Positions 38,222 to 47,688 of a stretch of 64,000 nucleotides of DNA are shown here, in pieces. Every line of letters starts with the position of its first letter. Position 1 is the first letter of the stretch. Made by a program: the position numbers and the translations under genes. The DNA is from Candidatus Fermentibacterota bacterium (GTDB lineage Bacteria; Fermentibacterota; Fermentibacteria; Fermentibacterales; JCC-6). The notes under the pieces are model-generated. The model was not told the DNA's origin, did not search any database, and saw nothing but the letters and a program-made list of their open reading frames with translations. The stretch is from the NCBI GenBank assembly GCA_963845085.1, contig CAWJQI010000004.1, positions 192,001 through 256,000 of the forward strand, in the 5' to 3' direction.

Positions 38222-39141
38222 AAAAGCCCGTGTTCTGGCTCAGGATGGCGTTCATCATCCTTCTTCTCATTGCGGGCAGGCAGATATGGCTGTCGGGCGG
38301 CGAGTGGCTTTCAAGCGCCCGTGCGTTTCCCTGGGACCCCGACCCGCTTCTGCTCGCGGGTTCGTCCCTCCTTCTCCTGGCCGGTCTTGCGGCCTCGCCG
38401 GAGGGCTGGGTCATGGTTTGCCGCCAGCGCGCCATAACGATGCCGCGGCGTGAACTGTACGCGGTTTGGTTCGCCAGCCAGCTCGGGCGCTTCATACCGG
38501 GAAAGATCTGGCTTTTCGCGGGTCGCATCGGCCTGTTGAAGTCACGGGGATACTCGGTCGCCAAAACGGCTTCAACACTCGTTCTCGAGCTGCTTTTCAG
38601 CACAGCTGCGGTGGGGGTCGTGGCTCTGATCGCGGGGGTGTTCCATCCCGGGATTGCCGAAAACCCCTCGATGAGGTGGGCGGTGACCTCCGCAGGGGTG
38701 GCGGTGGCCCTACTGCCATTCCTCAGCCCGCTGCAGAAGCTCGTCTTCAGGATAAAGGGCATATCGTTCCGGCCGGTACCACTCCGGCACGCGATCGAGG
38801 TTACCCTTTTCTACACCATCACCTGGGTCGTCAGGGGGGTTGCTCTCTGGATGTGGTTCCGCGGCATGGGGCTCGATGAGGCAGGCCTGCTCGACAGCAT
38901 GGCGGCTGCGCCCCTGTCGTGGCTTGCGGGGTATATTGTTGTTCTCGTCCCCGGTGGCCTGGGAGTGAGAGAAGCTGCGGCAGCGCTGATTGCACTGCCC
39001 GCTTCCCTTCTTGTCCCGGGTGTCGCCGCAGCTGGAGGGCAGAGGATAATCATGACGATCTGGGAGCTCTCCCTGGCCGGATTCACGGCTGGAACCCTTC
39101 GAAGGGCGAAGACGGAGGCACATGATGAAGAAACCATGTGA
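38218..39141 (+). CDS. Flippase-like membrane protein (UPF0104/YbhN, LPG synthase TM domain)
   Basis: SQLGRFIPGKIW and PGGLGVRE motifs; multi-TM. Confidence 0.8.
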   Translation: MKKPVFWLRMAFIILLLIAGRQIWLSGGEWLSSARAFPWDPDPLLLAGSSLLLLAGLAASPEGWVMVCRQRAITMPRRELYAVWFASQLGRFIPGKIWLFAGRIGLLKSRGYSVAKTASTLVLELLFSTAAVGVVALIAGVFHPGIAENPSMRWAVTSAGVAVALLPFLSPLQKLVFRIKGISFRPVPLRHAIEVTLFYTITWVVRGVALWMWFRGMGLDEAGLLDSMAAAPLSWLAGYIVVLVPGGLGVREAAAALIALPASLLVPGVAAAGGQRIIMTIWELSLAGFTAGTLRRAKTEAHDEETM

Positions 39142-41386
39142 CGGCGCAACAGCACTCGGGCTTGCCGCCCTGCTCGCGGTTCTGGTCTACTGGCCGGTGT
39201 TCTCATCCTCGAGGCTTCCTGGTGGCGAGATGAGCGACACCGTCCATCAGGGTTATCCGTTCCTCGCGTACACCGAGGCCTCCCTGGCCCGGGGCGAGCT
39301 TCCTCTCTGGAACCCCCTGATCTTCGGGGGCGTTCCATTCTATGCCTCCTTCAGCGCTCCCGTTTTCTACCCGCTGCGTGGAATTCCCCTGCTTCTGTTC
39401 GGCGCCGAGGCTTCGGTGAGGTTCCTTTTCCCCGTTCACATGGTCCTGGCCGGCATTTTCGCGTGGCTGTTCCTTGGCGCGGCCGGGGTGTCACGCGGAG
39501 GGCGGCTGGTCGGGTCAACGGCCTACTGCCTTGGCGCATGGGCCAACACCCTCTTCTACGCCGGGCACGGCAGCAAGGTCATTTGCTGGGCCTTTCTTCC
39601 CCTGCTTCTCTATGCGGTCATCAGGTTCACAGGCACCCGGAACTGGAAATGGGTCGGGGTGGGGGCGCTCGCCGTCGGAATGCAGGGGCTTTCGAGCCAT
39701 CCCCAGATGATGCTCTACTCCGGAGGCATGGCCGCAGTGGTTGCCTTCTGGCACTTCGGCCGCCCAAGGGAATGGTTGTGGAAGCTTGCGGGCCTTTCAA
39801 CCATGGTAATCCTTGGCGTCCTGGTCGCAGCCGTCCAGCTCTACCCCGGCTACCTCTTCAGCCAGCACTCCGCCCGGGGTGAGGGGCTTGATCCCGCGGT
39901 CGCGGCGAGTTACTCGATGCCGCCCGAGGAAACTCTCTGCATGATTTTCCCCTCGGCTTTCGGCCTCAGGCACGGGTTCAGCGACAGCACCATTTCCGGC
40001 GTGCCCGTGTACTTCGGCAGGCTCGGGCTGAGGCTGAGCAGCGAGTTTACGGGCGTGGCCGTGTTCATCCTCGCCATGGCGTTTTTCATCGCCGGCGGGA
40101 AGGGACGGCTGAGGGGCTCCCTCATCACACTTGCCGCTCTCGGGGCGGTTGTTTCATGGGGAGGCTATACGGGGGTCTTCTCGCTCCTTTACGGGATCAT
40201 TCCCCTCTTCCAGAAGATACGGGCTCCGCACATGGCTGCGTTCATTACCACCACGTCGCTCGCCCTCGCCGCCGGGCCGGGTTTTGACGCCCTTTTCACC
40301 GAAAAGGTTTCGAAAAAAGCGGTCATTGCCCTTTCCGCCACTGCCGCCCTATTCCTTCTCCTTTTGCCATTGTCGGGCGCGGGAAGCCGGATGCTGCAGG
40401 AGTCCTGGTGGACAAGAATGGGTGCGCCGGGCGCGGTGGGGTTCGAGTTCATGGTCAGGCACAGGGCTTCACTGCTGCACGCAGACATTCAAAGGGCCCT
40501 GCTCTCGTCCTGCTCCCTTCTCCTGATCCTTGTCGCGGCCTGGAAGTACAGGCTCAGAGCCGCGCATGCCGCCATCGGGGTCGTTTTGATAACGGCCTTT
40601 GAACTTGTCCCCTTCAACAGAAACTTCCAGGTGTACCTTCATCAGACATCGATCGACGAGATCTATCCCAATGACGGAAGCATCTCCGAACTGGCCGGGC
40701 AGGGCAGGGTCTTCCCCGGCGGCAACGAACTCATTCCCGCGGGCATCCGGTCAGTGACGGGTTACCACGCCGCCAAACCCGCTCTGGTTGACGATATGCT
40801 GTCCCTGCTGAACAACACATCCCCCGAGATCATCTACCAGTTCTGTGTTAGCGCCTTCAGTTTCCCCGAGGGCGCTAGCACCTGGCGGGAGCTTCACCCA
40901 GTTCTCGCGGAAGACGCTCCCATGCTTCCGCAGGATCCCATGCCCAGGGCGTTCATCCCGACCCAGCCCGTCCGCGGAACAGGCGAGAGGGGGTTCCAGG
41001 CGATGTCACAGGGCATCAACCCGATGACCATGTCCGTCATCGACGCACCTGCCGCCGACATTCCCGGGGTTTGCGACGGCACCGCCGAGATCGTTTGCGA
41101 CACGCCGCACGAAGTGACAGTCAGCACGGCGTCGGCAACCCCCGCCGTCCTGGTCCTTGCCGACACCTGGTATCCAAGGTGGCGTGCAGAGGTGAACGGC
41201 TCGCCTGCGCCGGTCCGGGTGGCCAACGGCTGGATGAGGGCCGTCGCCCTTCCGGCCGGTGAGAACACCGTGCGCTTCTTCTACGACGATTCCGACGTAG
41301 TTCTGGGCATGTGGACCTCGCTGGCCGCAACACTGTGCGCCATCGCCCTCCTCCTGCTGCGGGCAAAACCCGGGAAACCGTGTTGA
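39122..41386 (+). CDS. YfhO-like GT-C membrane glycosyltransferase
   Basis: LPLWNPLIFGGVPF, HPQ, C-terminal LADTWYPRWRAEVNG..ANGWMRAV. Confidence 0.82.
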   Translation: MMKKPCDGATALGLAALLAVLVYWPVFSSSRLPGGEMSDTVHQGYPFLAYTEASLARGELPLWNPLIFGGVPFYASFSAPVFYPLRGIPLLLFGAEASVRFLFPVHMVLAGIFAWLFLGAAGVSRGGRLVGSTAYCLGAWANTLFYAGHGSKVICWAFLPLLLYAVIRFTGTRNWKWVGVGALAVGMQGLSSHPQMMLYSGGMAAVVAFWHFGRPREWLWKLAGLSTMVILGVLVAAVQLYPGYLFSQHSARGEGLDPAVAASYSMPPEETLCMIFPSAFGLRHGFSDSTISGVPVYFGRLGLRLSSEFTGVAVFILAMAFFIAGGKGRLRGSLITLAALGAVVSWGGYTGVFSLLYGIIPLFQKIRAPHMAAFITTTSLALAAGPGFDALFTEKVSKKAVIALSATAALFLLLLPLSGAGSRMLQESWWTRMGAPGAVGFEFMVRHRASLLHADIQRALLSSCSLLLILVAAWKYRLRAAHAAIGVVLITAFELVPFNRNFQVYLHQTSIDEIYPNDGSISELAGQGRVFPGGNELIPAGIRSVTGYHAAKPALVDDMLSLLNNTSPEIIYQFCVSAFSFPEGASTWRELHPVLAEDAPMLPQDPMPRAFIPTQPVRGTGERGFQAMSQGINPMTMSVIDAPAADIPGVCDGTAEIVCDTPHEVTVSTASATPAVLVLADTWYPRWRAEVNGSPAPVRVANGWMRAVALPAGENTVRFFYDDSDVVLGMWTSLAATLCAIALLLLRAKPGKPC

Positions 41387-43473
41387 ACCGGACCCTCAAG
41401 CGCATCGAGGCCTGGCTGGGGCCGTTCCTTCTGCTCGGAGCGCTGTTCTATTTCTTCTTCAACCTCCTCCCGATATGGAAACCAAGGCTTGTCGCCTTCT
41501 GGCAGGAAGCCGGCGGGAAGGCGGACTGGTCCTACCTCGTCCTGTCTTTCTTCTGCCTCGCCCTCGGGTACTATTTTGCCCCCCTTGCATGGCAGCGCAT
41601 CCTGGCAGCGCTCCGAACCCCCGGCATCGACCGCGGCAGGCTGCGCAGGAACTGGTTCATGACCCAGATGGGAAGCTACATCCCCGGGCGTCTATGGATG
41701 GTGCTGGGCAGGGTTGCCTTTCTGAATGCGAACGGGGCCGGCTCGGTCAAGGCGGCAACAGCACTCGTTCTTGAGAACATCTATCTCCTGGCCGCCCTTG
41801 GGCTTATCACAGCCCTTGCGCTTCCCTTCGTGAGCGTCGTTTCGCTCCCGGCAGGACTCACCGTCGCCCTCTGGATCTCTGCGGTTCTTGGGGGGCTCAT
41901 GCTGCTGGCGCCCGGCATCCAGCGGCTGTTCGCGAGGAAGCTCGCGCACCGGCTCGGCACGAAGGTTGACGAACTCCCGCACATCAGCCACAGACATCAG
42001 GCTCAGTTCATCGGAAGCCACATCCTTTCCTGGTCGCTCCGAGGTCTCGGGCTGTACTTCTGGTTCCGGGGATTTGGAGTGCCCCGCTCCGAGCCCGCCC
42101 ATGCGCTGCTCATCCTCTGCATCATCGCCTCCCCGGCATCCTGGCTTGCATCGCTGCTGATGGTCTTCATACCGGGCGGGATAGGTGTGAGGGAGTCGGT
42201 CCAGGCGCTCATGGTTGCAAGTTTCGTGCCGGGCGGGCTTGCGGTTGCAACAGCGGTGGCCCTGGGTCAGCGGATCATGCTGGTGCTTGTCGAGGGCGGT
42301 TTTGCCCTCACTGCACTGATCCACCAGACCCTGTACAAGCATTTCCCGATCAGGATGAACCACTGCAGCCAGCTCCTCAACCTGTTTGTCAGCGTAAACC
42401 GGGCGTGGTGGGCAAGGCTCGGGCTGGTCACCCCGCCAAGGCCGATAAACGTCACGTTCTCGGTTACAAGAAGGTGCCAGTCCCGATGCCGGACCTGCTT
42501 CATCTGGAAGCACGAGAGCGGCAACGAGCTCTCACTTCAGCAGGTGGAGGCCCTGTTCCGTTCGATCGGATGGACATACTTCTTCAACATCTCCGGCGGC
42601 GAACCGTTCCTGAGGCAGGAGCTGCCCGAGATCATCGGCCTTGCCTGCAGGTACATGCGCCCGGCGGTGATCCACATTCCCACCAACGCCCTCGCCCCCG
42701 AAAGAATTGAGGCCATGACGGTGAGGATCCTCGAGATCATCGCCAGGGAGGCGCCCGGAACGGTTCTCACAATAAAGCCCAGCATGGACGGTGTGGGAAC
42801 TGCTCACGATGAAACAAGGGGTGTTCCCGGGAACTTCGAGAAACTGCTGGACACGCTTGCGCGGCTGAAACGCCTCAGAGACGGCCACAAATACCTGCAT
42901 GTCGGGGTCGGCACGGTCATTTCCCGCTACAACGCAGGCGAACTCGCAGGGATCATCGAGTTCGCGGGCACACTCGGTGTCGATACCTACATCAACGAGG
43001 TTGCGGAGGAACGCGAGGAGTTCTTCAACATCGGAAGCGGGATCACCCCTCCGGGGGAGGACTATGCCAGGATCATGGAGACGTTCAAACTGGCCGTAAG
43101 ACGCCGCATGAAGGGAATGCGTCCGCTTTCCCGCATAACCACCGCGATGCGGCTGGTCTACTACGACATCGTAACCGAGTACCTTCGCACCGGGAAGCAG
43201 GTGATCCCCTGCTACGCGGCACTGCTGAACGTTCACATCAACTCTGACGGCGGCATCTGGCCGTGCGCCATTCTCGCCTACAGGGGGCAGATGGGATCGG
43301 TGGGCGACAACGCCGACTTCCATGACATCTGGACCTCGGACGACGCGGCCCGCATCAGGGCTTCCATCAGAAGGAAGGAATGCGGGTGCCCGCTGGCCAA
43401 CCAGGCCTACTCGAACATCCTGCTCCACCCGAAGAGCCTGCTCAGGGTGATCTGGATCGCGCTTACAGCCTAG
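41380..43473 (+). CDS. Flippase-like (UPF0104) domain fused to radical SAM/SPASM-twitch domain
   Basis: TQMGSYIPGRLW and PGGIGVRE, then CQSRCRTC, SGGEP, C..DGGIWPC..CGC, all in one frame. Confidence 0.85.
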   Translation: MLNRTLKRIEAWLGPFLLLGALFYFFFNLLPIWKPRLVAFWQEAGGKADWSYLVLSFFCLALGYYFAPLAWQRILAALRTPGIDRGRLRRNWFMTQMGSYIPGRLWMVLGRVAFLNANGAGSVKAATALVLENIYLLAALGLITALALPFVSVVSLPAGLTVALWISAVLGGLMLLAPGIQRLFARKLAHRLGTKVDELPHISHRHQAQFIGSHILSWSLRGLGLYFWFRGFGVPRSEPAHALLILCIIASPASWLASLLMVFIPGGIGVRESVQALMVASFVPGGLAVATAVALGQRIMLVLVEGGFALTALIHQTLYKHFPIRMNHCSQLLNLFVSVNRAWWARLGLVTPPRPINVTFSVTRRCQSRCRTCFIWKHESGNELSLQQVEALFRSIGWTYFFNISGGEPFLRQELPEIIGLACRYMRPAVIHIPTNALAPERIEAMTVRILEIIAREAPGTVLTIKPSMDGVGTAHDETRGVPGNFEKLLDTLARLKRLRDGHKYLHVGVGTVISRYNAGELAGIIEFAGTLGVDTYINEVAEEREEFFNIGSGITPPGEDYARIMETFKLAVRRRMKGMRPLSRITTAMRLVYYDIVTEYLRTGKQVIPCYAALLNVHINSDGGIWPCAILAYRGQMGSVGDNADFHDIWTSDDAARIRASIRRKECGCPLANQAYSNILLHPKSLLRVIWIALTA

Positions 43474-44060
43474 GCCCGAAGGACCTCCCGGCCTTCTACC
43501 GTGAGTTTGATCATCGTGGAGGTCTTTCTGCGCGCGAGCTTTCCGCCGTCAAGCATCAGATCGACCCCAGAAGCAAGCTTCAGGCTTACCTCGTCAAGCC
43601 CCAGCGGCTCGGCTCCTCCCCTCATGTTGGCGCTCGTTGTAAGAAGGGGCATCACGGATTCAAGGATTTTCACCGACAGGGGATCTGAGGGAACCCTGAG
43701 CGCCACGGAGCCGTCCGGGGCACAAACCCATGCGGGCGCCCTGTCCGATGAGGGCAGGACAAGGGTAACCGGGCCGGGCCAGCTTTCCTTCATCAGTTCC
43801 GCAGCTCCCGGAATGTCAGTCGACAGTGCCTTTGCCGCTTCTATCGACGGAACCAGAAGTATGAACGGCCTTTCCTCGTTGTACCCCTTCAGCCTTCCAA
43901 CCCTTCTCACGGAATGCTGCATAGCCGCAGGGCAGAGAACGCCGTACACCGTGTCGGAGGGGTAGATCACGAGACCACCGCCAAGAAGGACCGATGAAGC
44001 CATGTTCACCGCCATGGAAGCGGGATTCTCAATATCGACGGCAAGAGTTCTAGCGGACAT
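43470..44060 (-). CDS. tsaC: Threonylcarbamoyl-AMP synthase (Sua5/YrdC)
   Basis: YPSDTVYG, WPGPVT, TTSAN. Confidence 0.92.
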   Translation of the reverse strand: MSARTLAVDIENPASMAVNMASSVLLGGGLVIYPSDTVYGVLCPAAMQHSVRRVGRLKGYNEERPFILLVPSIEAAKALSTDIPGAAELMKESWPGPVTLVLPSSDRAPAWVCAPDGSVALRVPSDPLSVKILESVMPLLTTSANMRGGAEPLGLDEVSLKLASGVDLMLDGGKLARRKTSTMIKLTVEGREVLRA

Positions 44061-44496
44061 TCCCATCCATCCTTCCGGCAACGCCTTCATCGAAGAGGGC
44101 GATTATCCGCGCAGCGAGGTGAGCAGCGTTTGCCGCTCCGTGTGAGCCGATGGCCACCGTGGCCACAGGTACGCCCTTTGGCATCATGACCGTGCTGAGA
44201 AGGGCATCGAAACCGTTAAGGGGACCTCCCTGGATCGGAACCCCGATCACGGGAAGCCTTGTGTTCGCCGCAACGGCGCCCGCCAGGTGTGCTGCAAGGC
44301 CCGCGGCGGCGATGATCACCTTCAGCCCCCGGGAAGCCGCCGATCGTGAATACTCAGCCACCTGCTCCGGCGTTCTGTGAGCGCTCATGACGGAAAGCTC
44401 CCATGGGATCCCGTATTCGTCCAGAACACCGCAGGTTCTTTCCATGGTCTCCCTGTCGCTTTCGCTGCCCATCAGGATGCCCACAAGAGTGTTCAT
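44050..44496 (-). CDS. purE: N5-CAIR mutase
   Basis: MGSESD, SAHRTP, PVIGVP, PVATV. Confidence 0.96.
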   Translation of the reverse strand: MNTLVGILMGSESDRETMERTCGVLDEYGIPWELSVMSAHRTPEQVAEYSRSAASRGLKVIIAAAGLAAHLAGAVAANTRLPVIGVPIQGGPLNGFDALLSTVMMPKGVPVATVAIGSHGAANAAHLAARIIALFDEGVAGRMDGNVR

Positions 44497-45707
44497 CGCG
44501 ACCTCCCTATGTCTTTTCTGTACACCATTCCATCAAAACTGACCGCTCGCACGGCGGCATAACTCTTCTCCAGGGCTTCCCCGAGGTCCTTCCCCGTGGC
44601 GGCCAGCCCCAGTACCCTGCCTCCCGCGGTGACAATACGCCCGTCCTTCATTTCGGTTCCGGAATGAAAGACAATTGCCCCGTTCACTGCTTCAAGGCCA
44701 TGGACCGGCAGCCCCTTCGCGAAGGAGCCGGGATAGCCGCCGGACGCAACGACCACCACGGCGGACGCCCCCGGCAGGACGACCGGTTCTGGAAGCCTTT
44801 CCCCGAGGGCGGCCGCCATGAAAAGGCCCGCCAGATCGCCCCCGAGCAGGGGCAATACAGCCTGCGCCTCAGGGTCTCCGAAGCGAACGTTGAACTCGAG
44901 CACTTTCGGCCCGCGCGGCGTGAGAATCATCCCGGCGTAGAGCAACCCTCTGAAATCCATCCCGCGACGGTTCAGCTCTCTGAGAACGGGAAGGAAGACG
45001 AGTTCTTTCATCTCCGAGGAGAACCCGCTGCCGATGCCGTCCGGCGGGCAGACAGCCCCCATGCCGCCCGTGTTGGGGCCTGTGTCACCCTCTCCTATGC
45101 GCTTGTGGTCGCGGCTCGGCGGCATCATGACCGCCTCGTTACCGCTGCAGACCGCCATAACGCTCACCTCGGGGCCGCTCAGCCTCTCCTCCAGAACCAC
45201 CCTGCCGGGCGGCGCTGACAAAAAGCCTGTGAGCGCTGCTTCTGCTTCCGATACTGAAGAGGGAAGAACAACCCCCTTGCCGGCACAAAGGCCGTCAGCC
45301 TTGATCACCCAATCAAGGGGCTTCCCATCGATCAATGCAAGCGCTTCGCCGGGGCTCTGAAACATGCTGCCCGCTGCGGTGGGCACACCGGCTGCGACCA
45401 TTATCTCCTTTGCGAACCACTTGCTGCTTTCCAGCCTCGCGCAGTCGGCACCCGGACCGAAGCAGGGGATCCCGGCCCTGCGCAGCCTGTCGCCAAGACC
45501 GGCTGCAAGGGGCGCTTCGGGTCCCACAACAACAAGGTCAACCCGGTGGTCCATCGCCGCCTGCAGGGGATCACACGGAAGGTTGAGGGCGAACTCGGCG
45601 GTTCCGGGGTTCCCGGGACAGACCAGCACGCTGTTTTCCCCGCCGCGATTCAGCGCCCATGCAAGGGCGTGCTCCCTGCCGCCGCTTCCGACCACGAGAA
45701 TTGTCAT
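44493..45707 (-). CDS. purD: Phosphoribosylamine-glycine ligase
   Basis: GSGGREHA, LESSK, GPNTGGMG, EFNVRFGDPE. Confidence 0.96.
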   Translation of the reverse strand: MTILVVGSGGREHALAWALNRGGENSVLVCPGNPGTAEFALNLPCDPLQAAMDHRVDLVVVGPEAPLAAGLGDRLRRAGIPCFGPGADCARLESSKWFAKEIMVAAGVPTAAGSMFQSPGEALALIDGKPLDWVIKADGLCAGKGVVLPSSVSEAEAALTGFLSAPPGRVVLEERLSGPEVSVMAVCSGNEAVMMPPSRDHKRIGEGDTGPNTGGMGAVCPPDGIGSGFSSEMKELVFLPVLRELNRRGMDFRGLLYAGMILTPRGPKVLEFNVRFGDPEAQAVLPLLGGDLAGLFMAAALGERLPEPVVLPGASAVVVVASGGYPGSFAKGLPVHGLEAVNGAIVFHSGTEMKDGRIVTAGGRVLGLAATGKDLGEALEKSYAAVRAVSFDGMVYRKDIGRSR

Positions 45708-46519
45708 TTTGTTCCGCCCTCTTCACGGAATGTGTTCTCCGGACCGGGAAATCCGCCTGAAATGACTTCTCTGGCGTAGTTTCCCACGGCTTCAAGGATG
45801 ACGCCGTTCAAGTCGGCGTAGGTTCGCAGGAACCGGGGCCTGAACGAGGGATCCAGCCCGAGAATGTCGGTTACAACGAGAATCTGGCCGTCGACGAAGC
45901 GGCCGGCCCCGATCCCGATCACAGGTACGGGAACCCTTTCCGTGACCTCCCTTGCCAGCTCCTCCTCAACACCCTCGAGCACGAGGCTGAACACCCCGGC
46001 TGAGACCAGTGCGTCGCACTGGCGAAGCAGCTCATCACGGTTTTCACGGCGGACCACACGGTAGCCGCCATCCATTCGCACCGACTGTGGTAGAAGCCCG
46101 GCATGGCCCATCACGGGTATGCCCGATTCGGTGATGGCGCGCACTCTGCGAACCATGCGGGGGTTTCCGCCCTCGAGCTTCACTGCGTCCACCCCCGCCT
46201 CGGAGAGGAACCTCGAGGCGTTGTGGACGGCCTGGGCACAGGATTCCTGGTAGCTTCCGAAGGGCATGTCGCCCACCACGAGCACCCCCGGCGCCCCCCG
46301 GCTGACCGCGCCCGAAATTGCCAGAAGTACGTCGAGGGAGGCCCCCAGGGTGGTTTCCCCGCCAAGCAAAGCCATCTGGAAAGAGTCTCCGACCAGGATC
46401 AGATGAACCCCGGCGAGTGCTTCGATTCTTGCGGTATGGAAGTCGTAGGCGGTCAGGGCCACGATCTTCTCGCCCCTGGTCTTCATGGACCCGAGGCTCC
46501 TCACGGTGACACCGGGCAT
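45704..46519 (-). CDS. panB: 3-methyl-2-oxobutanoate hydroxymethyltransferase
   Basis: LTAYD, LVGDS, DMPFGSY, VKLEGG, IGIGAG. Confidence 0.96.
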   Translation of the reverse strand: MPGVTVRSLGSMKTRGEKIVALTAYDFHTARIEALAGVHLILVGDSFQMALLGGETTLGASLDVLLAISGAVSRGAPGVLVVGDMPFGSYQESCAQAVHNASRFLSEAGVDAVKLEGGNPRMVRRVRAITESGIPVMGHAGLLPQSVRMDGGYRVVRRENRDELLRQCDALVSAGVFSLVLEGVEEELAREVTERVPVPVIGIGAGRFVDGQILVVTDILGLDPSFRPRFLRTYADLNGVILEAVGNYAREVISGGFPGPENTFREEGGTK

Positions 46520-46562
46520 GCCGTCCTCCCATCGCTTTGGAAAACTACGGGATAATAACAGG

Positions 46563-47450
46563 CTATCCCTGGATTTGAAACCTTCGGGGAACGAACACCG
46601 CGAGAAAGGCCACCACAGCGAACAGGTAGCCGACCGCGACATCGGTTGCGTAGTGCTCGCCGCCGTAGAGTATCTCGAAGCTGATCCCGAGAAGGATCAG
46701 AAGCGTCCACCAGCTTCTGCGGAAGCCCAGTTCCCTCATGAGAACAAGTGTCATGAGCATCGGAACACCTGCGTGCAGCGACGGCATGGCAGCCCTCGGG
46801 CTCATGGAGAAGTTGCCCACGAGGAAGTGCGGCATGAAATCGTTCAGTGCGCGGAACATGCAGCGGTCGAGGTTCGGTACGCCCCCCTCGAGGGCCTGCA
46901 TCCAGGGAGGGGTGAGCGGCCAGAGCACGTAGGTTGCATAACCGAGCGTTGTGAGGAGGGCAAATGCCGTCACCGTTCGGCGCATCGCGGTGTCGCCGCC
47001 CCGTTTCCAGGCGAGCAGGGGTGTAAGAAGTGGTATCAGAAAGAACGAGGCATGCAGCCCTGCGAACACGTAGTCGAACCAGCGGGTCTGCCCACGGCAG
47101 CCCAGTTGTTCCTGAAGCCACACCGGGGGAAGAACGCCGAAAATTCTTTCCTCGAACACCGCCACATTCAGACCGTTGAAGCTGCCGTGCCAGGTGCTCA
47201 CCACGAAACGCAATGCCCAGTAGCAGCACCCGAGGAACGCGAAGCTCACCAGCATGGGGCTCCAGCGCGGCAGACGGCGTGAACCGTACAGCATGGAGAA
47301 CACAAGCCAGACAGGGATCAGGATGGGAAACCTGGGAACAAGGCGCAACAGGGGTATGACTGCCATCAGAACCGCATACGAGCCGGTGATGACAAGCCAG
47401 AAAAGGTCAAGCCGGTCCGACGGGGACCTCTCTGTTCCGTTGCGGTTCAT
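46563..47450 (-). CDS. PAP2 superfamily membrane protein (Aur1/IPC synthase-like)
   Basis: PLTPPW, AAMPSLH, HYATD motifs; multi-TM. Confidence 0.82.
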   Translation of the reverse strand: MNRNGTERSPSDRLDLFWLVITGSYAVLMAVIPLLRLVPRFPILIPVWLVFSMLYGSRRLPRWSPMLVSFAFLGCCYWALRFVVSTWHGSFNGLNVAVFEERIFGVLPPVWLQEQLGCRGQTRWFDYVFAGLHASFFLIPLLTPLLAWKRGGDTAMRRTVTAFALLTTLGYATYVLWPLTPPWMQALEGGVPNLDRCMFRALNDFMPHFLVGNFSMSPRAAMPSLHAGVPMLMTLVLMRELGFRRSWWTLLILLGISFEILYGGEHYATDVAVGYLFAVVAFLAVFVPRRFQIQG

Positions 47451-47688
47451 CACCCCTCCGATAAAAGCGGGAGGGGGCCAGGGACTGAAGAATGATACAG
47501 AGAGTCAGGGTTAAAGGACTTGTACGGCCGGCCGGTCTGACAGGCTTCCCCGTGGGGCGCTTGCGACACGGCGGGGCGATGCCTTCATCAGTAACCTAAT
47601 CGCACTCTCAGGCGATGGCCCCCATGGGCATATATTACCCTCCAACCAGGGCGGGGTCAAACCCCCCGAAACCGTGTGAGGGAAACCC

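Noticed and set aside
47451..47688. T-box before proS, or TPP, fluoride or hammerhead RNA (CTGAGA, GGCGATGG, CTGATGA words present)
   Set aside because: Companion motifs are missing, and a TATATT about 55 nt before proS leaves no room for a T-box.
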